From Saccostrea echinata (taxonomy: Eukaryota), in contig NW_026889803.1 in NCBI RefSeq assembly GCF_033153115.1, forward strand, positions 46,686,001 to 46,750,000: 64,000 nt of DNA, read 5' to 3'. Shown here one piece after another: positions 59,742-64,000 of the stretch. The translations under genes and the position numbers were made by a program. The notes beneath the pieces are model-generated. The model saw only the letters and a list, made by a program, of their open reading frames with translations. It was not told the origin of the DNA and made no database searches. Each line of letters starts with the position of its first letter. The stretch's first letter is position 1.

Positions 59742-61263
59742 ACTGTAAAAACTGCGTTTAGAAAATAAACACTTCCATTACGTGTTTAGATCTAAACATG
59801 TTTAACATTATGTTTAACAACTAAACACTTATGTCTATACATGTGTTATATCTAAGCGCGTTTAGATTTGACACGTGTTTAGATATATGTGTTTAGAAAT
59901 TGAACACTTATGTGAAGTACAGAGTTATCTTCCCGGAAATGACGCGTACATATTTGAACGTTAATTAGAGCGGTTATCGAAACAAAGAAAACCCTAATGT
60001 AAGCTAAAGAAGATGCATCAAAGGAAGTGAATGATAACAAAAGTGATAACCAAGAAGAGATTGTGAAATGCATTTGAAAGGCAACATTACTACGATAAAA
60101 GGTCTGTTTACTATTTTTATTTTACATAAATTGACCACGATGAACAACGTAAATAAACATGCAGTTACACATGTAAATATAGATCAAGATTTCCTTCGGT
60201 TATTTTGCAATCATGAAAGCCAGAAAGGAGTATATATACATGTAGAATGTCATTTAAAACATCTATATCGTTATCAGTACTATATAGTAGTTATAAATGA
60301 GTTTCACTAAAAGTTGCACAATGATAGCTATAAAATACTGTTAAATTTCAGTGAGAAGCATACTTTTACTATAATTTAAATTTCTTTCTTACAGGATATG
60401 GTCAAGAACTTAAAGGCAAAAATACACGTATCAGAGTACTGGTGTCATCTCCAAGTGCAATTGTTGTTACATTATTCAGCACTTCTTACATTCTAGAGGA
60501 AACAGAATTTTGTGAAGTCTACTGGTCGGTAGTTTTGAATATCCCCAAAACATTCTTATATAATGGAAATGGATTACTTCCTGAGAGTCATCGATTGATA
60601 TAAATTATACGCTGTATGTGTTGCTAGTGAAGAACTTGCTGGAAGTTATTAAATTTGATGAACCTTTTTTTATTGACATGAAGAGAAACTGCTTGCTGAG
60701 CTGATTAATATTGAAATTCACTATTATATATATACATGTTTAAACATATATGTATATTTAATATAAATTTCTTTATAATAAATCCATGTTTGAATGTTCA
60801 GTGATGTTATTGTCAGCTGTTTCTTTCCTGTAACATGGGTACTTTTCAAGTTAAAAAAGTTTGTTTTCTGTATGTACATACCAGTGCTTAAATATGCTAA
60901 TTATTTTCTAGGAAACTTATAAAAAATAGTTTTTTCTTTAAAAACATCTGTTTTCTTGTAATCGTTTATCATTTACTCTATTGATTTGGATCCAATGTTG
61001 TGGAACTAAACATGTTAAACAACTAAACACCTAAAGTTTAATGTGTTTAGAAATGAGACGTGTTTAGGGCTAAACGCGTAAAAAAAGTGAAACAAATTAT
61101 GTGTTTAGATATAAGTGTTTAGGGGGTAAACATGTTTAGCAACTAAACACATGAAGTCTACGTGTTTAGAAATGAGACATGTTTAGAGCTAAACGTGTAA
61201 AAAAAGTGAAACAAATTTGGCGTTTAGTTTTGTGTTTAGGATCTAAACACCGTTTTTACAGTG
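59741..61263. mobile_element. Non-autonomous CACTG-ended (CMC/EnSpm-like) transposon
   Basis: TIRs cactgtaaaaactgcgtttaga / tctaaacaccgtttttacagtg; many subterminal tgtttag/ctaaaca motifs at both ends. Confidence 0.85.
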
Positions 61264-61464
61264 TATATCAGTCATTTCACTCATTGCACGCGCGCGCACG
61301 TGCATGCATGTGCGCGCAAAATGACCTTCGTTCCGAACACCTACACAACATGCCTATTAACCCTAAAAAGGTTTCATGTCAATCGGATGAGTGGTTCTAT
61401 GAGAACACTCCCGGACAAAAAAGTACCGGAGAAGAAAGTAGAAAAAAAGAATAATAATAATAAT

Positions 61465-64000
61465 AACTAGACTCTTGTTGCCATGGCAACAAAAAAGTCT
61501 TCCGTTCTTCTAAATCTGTAAGAATTTGCTTTTTTTCTGTGTAAAAAACATACATATCATATTTACTGTGAAAGAAAAAAATAACTGGAAAAAAAGTCCT
61601 TTCAGTACTTAAGGTACTTTGATTTTCATTATCAATCTTGTATAATGCATTTGGCACCTATAAGAGATATACGTAATATATCATTAGCAATTAAAAAAAA
61701 AATTGTTTGCAATCATTTCTAAGACAAACAAACAGACGAACACCGTACTATCATAAACTTCACTGTGTGTATGTTTTGGCATAATTGTGTATGGTGTTAT
61801 AAAAAAATATAATGAATTAAGTTAGTATCACATTAACCTAAAGTATCTGAGTTTTGTAAAGTTATAATATCAAGATTTGACAGCAGACCTATAAGACAGA
61901 TTATTCAATTACAGTAATTCTTCAGCAATCGATTGATTGATTATACGTATGTTGTTTAACGTCCCTCTCCAGAATTTTTCACTCACATGGAGACGCCACC
62001 ACTCGCCGGTGGAGACTGCAAATTTTTGTCCCATACTTTGGCACTTATCGCAATTGAGCAGAGGGGAATCTTTTTTATGCCAGCACCTTCTGCGACAAGG
62101 GACCTCGATTTATACGATCTCATCCAAAGGACCGGTCTCCACGTCCCACAATCGAAGTTCATAATACCGAGATATTTTATTTTTTATTTTATTCTATTTT
62201 TTCACAAGTTTGTTGCATCAGATTTACTTAAGATCATACTTCAAGATCATTTCGAACTCAGGCTACGTAATTGCAGTGCATACAGCGTCAAGTGATTTTG
62301 ATTGACAGGTCAACACAGGTGCACTTCGTGTGATACTTTTTAAGCTGACAAATATACAGGATGTGACCATGACTGACTATGAAATCAGAAAACATTTAAT
62401 TAAGAATGGGTGTGACCGATATAGAACTAATTTTTGCTCTATGTAAATGGATAGGAGGATCGGGATTAAGAGGGAATCTCTCTCTCTCCCCCTCTCTCTC
62501 TCAGACGTAAATTGAACATTTCATAATGACAAATCTACCATTATAGAACATGAAATTCTGTATACATGTAAATGGTAATTATATTCACATGTTACAGATT
62601 TAAATCTAAAACGAATATATAATTCAAATGCCTAGCTGCACGAACGTCTCCAAATATTAATCAAGACGGGGGTGGGGGTGGGGGGGTGGGGGTGGGGAGT
62701 CTTCAAAGGAATTAGATAGTTTTATGTTTTATGAATTATAAGGAAAAGTACGGACGTCAGTTGCACGTACATAATTATATATCATTGCATAAAATTGTGT
62801 TCATTCAGGTATACTTATCCCACATATCAACAGACCTGTGCAATTTTTTTTCATGTTTTTTTTTTTCAAAAGAAACATATAGCGTACCCTTTTTCACACA
62901 AAATCGCGTTTTCACATATTTTTTTTTAACTCTTTGAGTATTTCACAAGAATCCATGCCCAAGAATCGTCTTTCCACATCTTTTATAATTCCTTGGGTAT
63001 ATAGAATATAGATCATGTGTCATAAATAATTTAACTTTTTATCAAATTTACATGTAATAACAAAATCTAATCTACAGATTGATTTTCTTTCTTTTAAGTG
63101 GCAGATATCAATTTATTTATAAAGGCTTTAAAACAGTACTGTATTACAATTTTCTATCGCTCAATTCCTTTTTGAGTGTATGTAATATTTTTTTTAATAT
63201 CGAAAATAAAACTCGGAAATCGGGATAATTTCGCATTCAAATCATAGAGAATAATAAATCGTCTGCATTATAGAAGGCTTATAACTATCGTATTCTGAAC
63301 TTACTATACGAGATAGATAAAACTGCATTCCTGTCCATCACTATAAATGTATACTCAGTGCTTATAATATATTTACTTGAATTAGGTACCTAGCATATAT
63401 ATTAATTTTTTTTTTTTAGATATATTCATGTGTAAATAAATTAACTGTCAATACAGACTTACACTACACTGGCAACTTTAAACTATACATGCATTGGAAG
63501 TGGTAACCAACGTACTCTTATATTTAGAAGAGTGAATATGGAACGTCTAAATATTTTGATATGGACAGTGTATATGTCTCTTACGTCATCGATACTATTT
63601 CCGCCTTTATCTCGAAAGTTCTATTCTCACTTACAAGTCAGAGTTATCTTTCTTTGCCCATTGTTTACACACTAGGTAAATAGGGAAAATGAGGGTACCG
63701 AAAATCTGCAAAATGTGGAATCTGATTTCAAAACAAATTATATATTTAATATTTGTAGAATAACCTCTGTTATACATAATAATATCTTGAAAAAATATTA
63801 AAAAACAAAAAAGTTGAAAATTGACCAAACACAAGTTCACTTCCGGTTCGGACAGGAAGTAACGGAAACACACGAAAACAACTTCGAAACAAAGAGAATG
63901 TCATGATCTAATACTCCTGTAAATTTCACATCTTTACCTCAAACCGTTTCCGAGAAAAATTCCGGACAAAAGTGCATTTAAAAAGTGGAAATTCGGCCGT
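61465..64000. mobile_element. Probable Helentron-like element running off the window end
   Basis: Starts aactagactcttgttgccatggcaacaa..gtcttccgt (terminal palindrome type); repeat-like unit ttccggttcggacaggaagt..aaatttcacatctttacctcaaaccgtttccgagaaaa at 63839-64000. Internal extent uncertain. Confidence 0.4.
61928..62160 (-). mobile_element. SINE copy (minus strand), related to 50259-50588
   Basis: (gatt)n tail then gttgtttaacgtccctc..gaatttttcactca.atggagac..tgcaaattt..gggacctcg; tRNA head missing. Confidence 0.7.

Noticed and set aside
62667-62699. G-quadruplex-forming (GGGGGT)n tract
   Set aside because: The motif is real, but it is a simple repeat in transposon-rich intron sequence with no sign of function.
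63836-63870. RBM39 promoter (ETS-like CACTTCCGG / GGAAGT)
   Set aside because: No RBM39 5' exons lie between it and 54845, and the context looks like a repeat unit.

Overview
AT-rich, intron-containing animal DNA, probably a bivalve such as an oyster (inferred from the repeat families). It holds five protein-coding genes: PIGT (-, 10 exons, ~614 aa), JARID2/Jumonji (+, 21 coding exons, ~1202 aa), NFS1 (-, 13 exons, ~467 aa), an intronless pyruvate dehydrogenase phosphatase (+, 504 aa) and the 3' part of RBM39 (-, 7 exons). PIGT/JARID2 and NFS1/PDP are head-to-head pairs. Introns and intergenic DNA are packed with non-autonomous elements: Helentron/HINE-like elements with 146-166 bp internal arrays, TA-, TTA- and TTAA-target MITEs, a CACTG-ended element and tRNA-derived SINEs. 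Main observations: (1) JARID2 exon 5 stays open for ~2.96 kb past its splice donor. This predicts a second ~1350-aa isoform that keeps the PRC2-binding N-terminus, loses JmjN/ARID/JmjC and gains a PLDLS CtBP motif and SUMO sites. (2) Four independent minisatellites each amplify an exon end plus its splice donor, all with unit lengths divisible by 3. (3) TACATGTA/TACCGGTA octamers are strongly enriched and appear as 6-bp insertions at TA inside one repeat array, consistent with transposon excision scars. (4) A perfect 154-bp palindrome sits at a CACTG transposon end. (5) The human NFS1-ROMO1-RBM39 arrangement is preserved, with PDP in the ROMO1 slot. All coordinates were read by eye; repeat boundaries are approximate.
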